From Pelagibacteraceae bacterium AG-422-N09 (lineage in GTDB: Bacteria > Pseudomonadota > Alphaproteobacteria > Pelagibacterales > AG-422-B15): DNA of 64,000 nt. The stretch is from NCBI GenBank assembly GCA_003213515.1, contig QCMV01000008.1, positions 3,914 to 67,913 on the forward strand, in the 5' to 3' direction. The notes beneath the pieces were generated by a model. The model was not told where the DNA came from and ran no database searches. It saw only the letters and a program-made list of their open reading frames with translations. Every line of letters begins with the position of its first letter. Within the stretch, counting starts at the first letter, position 1. The translations under genes were made by a program, and so were the position numbers. This document shows, one piece after another, positions 62,697 through 64,000 of the stretch.

Positions 62697-63809
62697 CTAT
62701 TCACGAATATGTCGATTCTTTGAAAATAATAAAATTAATCCCGCTGCAATTGACATGCCAAGGACCGATGAACCTCCATAGCTGATAAACGGTAAGGTAA
62801 TTCCAGTTGTTGGTATCAACCTTATATTTACCCCTATATGGATTAAGGCCTGTAAGCATACATATAAAATAAGGGTAAATAAACAGATTTGAATAAAGTG
62901 ATCATTGTTTCCGTAAATTTTTTTGAAACCTTGATATGATATTATAAAGAAGATTAATAATATAAGTGTACAACCTATGAGACCATACTCTTCTGCAACC
63001 ACAGAAAAAATATAATCTGAATTAGCTTCAGGAATTTTATTTTTTAAAAGACCATTACCCGGTCCCACACCAATAATACCTCCTTGTTTAATTGCTTGAA
63101 GAGAAATTTCAGTTTGACTTACGTCATATTCATTTGGAAATAAAAATGAATTTATTCTATTTTGAACATTAAAATTGAGCAAATATATCATCACAAAACT
63201 TAGAATTCCAAAAACCACAATTACAGTGAGTATTATAATACTGAAACCACTCATAAGCACTGAACCAAAATAAATAGCTGATAATAAAAAAAATTGACTA
63301 ATATCAGGCTGCAAAACAAGTATACTTGCAACTGAAATATAGATTAAAGCACTTAGTGAGTGAGATGATATTTTTGTGCCTTGGTATTGATTATTTAATA
63401 TCAGAGCCAATACGACGCAAAATACTGGCTTTACTAATTCTATTGGCATGAGAGAAAAAGATCCAAAACTTATCCATCTTCTTGAACCTTTGATTTCATC
63501 CCCAAATAATAGAGTAAGAGCTAATAAAGCAAAAAATACTGCAAATAATATCACACTAAATAATTTTATGTATTTTGTCTCAATCAGTGAAATAGAAATA
63601 AATACTAAAAAACCTATTGCTAGGTACAAAGCCTGTATATTAAAAAATGCAAATAGATTGTTATTGAGATACCTGCTTGTACCAGGGTTTATAGTTAAAC
63701 TTATTAATAGACCAAAAGTTATTAATACTGTTATACAAAAAAAAATTGGTTTATTTATTTCAGAAATCCAGTTTGTAATTATTGACTGTTCATAAGTTTT
63801 TTTATTCAT
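62697..63809 (-). CDS. ftsW: Cell division peptidoglycan glycosyltransferase FtsW
   Basis: 370-aa polytopic FtsW/RodA/SpoVE ORF (GITLPFISYGGSS) between murD and murG. Confidence 0.9.
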   Translation of the reverse strand: MNKKTYEQSIITNWISEINKPIFFCITVLITFGLLISLTINPGTSRYLNNNLFAFFNIQALYLAIGFLVFISISLIETKYIKLFSVILFAVFFALLALTLLFGDEIKGSRRWISFGSFSLMPIELVKPVFCVVLALILNNQYQGTKISSHSLSALIYISVASILVLQPDISQFFLLSAIYFGSVLMSGFSIIILTVIVVFGILSFVMIYLLNFNVQNRINSFLFPNEYDVSQTEISLQAIKQGGIIGVGPGNGLLKNKIPEANSDYIFSVVAEEYGLIGCTLILLIFFIISYQGFKKIYGNNDHFIQICLFTLILYVCLQALIHIGVNIRLIPTTGITLPFISYGGSSVLGMSIAAGLILLFSKNRHIRE

Positions 63810-64000
63810 TATTTGCTAAGTTTGCTTACAAGTTTATTAAAATGTCTTCCACGTTCTTCAAAGTTATTATATTGGTCAAATGAAGCGGCGCCTGGACTAA
63901 ATAAAAAAGTATTGAAATCTGTATTGGTCTTCATAAATTTACTCATTTCGACCACTGCTTTATCTAAGCTGTGAACATAAACTGTGGTAACTTTACTCTG
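63809..64000 (-). CDS. murD: UDP-N-acetylmuramoylalanine--D-glutamate ligase, C-terminal fragment (gene continues beyond the window)
   Basis: Not in the ORF track. My reverse-strand translation is ...[63 protein letters not shown]. The [17 protein letters not shown] segment is the conserved MurD C-terminus. Its TAA overlaps the ftsW ATG (TAATG). Confidence 0.8.
   Translation of the reverse strand, partial: QSKVTTVYVHSLDKAVVEMSKFMKTNTDFNTFLFSPGAASFDQYNNFEERGRHFNKLVSKLSK

Overview
Strongly AT-rich (about 30% GC by eye, not computed), very gene-dense alphaproteobacterial chromosome segment. It is most consistent with a streamlined SAR11/Pelagibacterales-type genome: it has a circularly permuted two-piece tmRNA gene, thyX, and more than 25 gene junctions where start and stop codons overlap. 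I found no rRNA, tRNA, CRISPR array, transposase, integrase or prophage signature. Main blocks, left to right: (1) a partial acyl-CoA synthetase, an enolase-superfamily enzyme and msrA. (2) A tetrahydrofolate-linked demethylation / C1 module: a long DmdA/GcvT-like protein, a short MTHFR-like protein, fhs and an acyl-CoA synthetase. (3) A tight four-gene operon of ferredoxin-NADP reductase, two methyltransferases (one clearly COMT-like) and an EthA-type Baeyer-Villiger monooxygenase. It is followed by a split DUF1214/DUF1254 pair and an adrenodoxin-type ferredoxin. (4) A GC-rich structured element, then a DUF1611 plus dipeptide-epimerase-like pair (DgcN/DgcA-like). (5) rpmF, hisI, a membrane methyltransferase and an MFS transporter. 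(6) An SDR, an unlisted 43-aa basic ORF (ArfA-like), a nitroreductase and a haloalkane dehalogenase, all translationally coupled. (7) recX, lpxB, a DsbA/HCCA-isomerase-like protein, an SDR and a GNAT. (8) A polar amino-acid ABC transporter (binding protein and two permeases, no ATPase) preceded by two tandem paralogous ~70-aa two-helix membrane proteins. (9) An MhpA-like flavin monooxygenase divergent from a GATM-like amidinotransferase. (10) mreBCD-mrdA-rodA, leuA, ilvBHC, miaA, hflKC-DUF2065-degP, mrp, thyX, tmRNA, fumC, an RHH protein, uvrD, pepP, ligA and bamD. (11) lpxC and a dcw cluster (murD' ftsW murG murC murB ddl ftsQ ftsA) that lacks ftsZ at its usual place. Because the window is so compact, I treated the few long non-coding stretches (4314-4503, 13043-13293, 26623-26813, 36475-36771, 46720-47128) as the most likely places for unannotated RNA or regulatory features. 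All functional calls come from reading motifs in the supplied translations and from my own hand translations. No database search was run.
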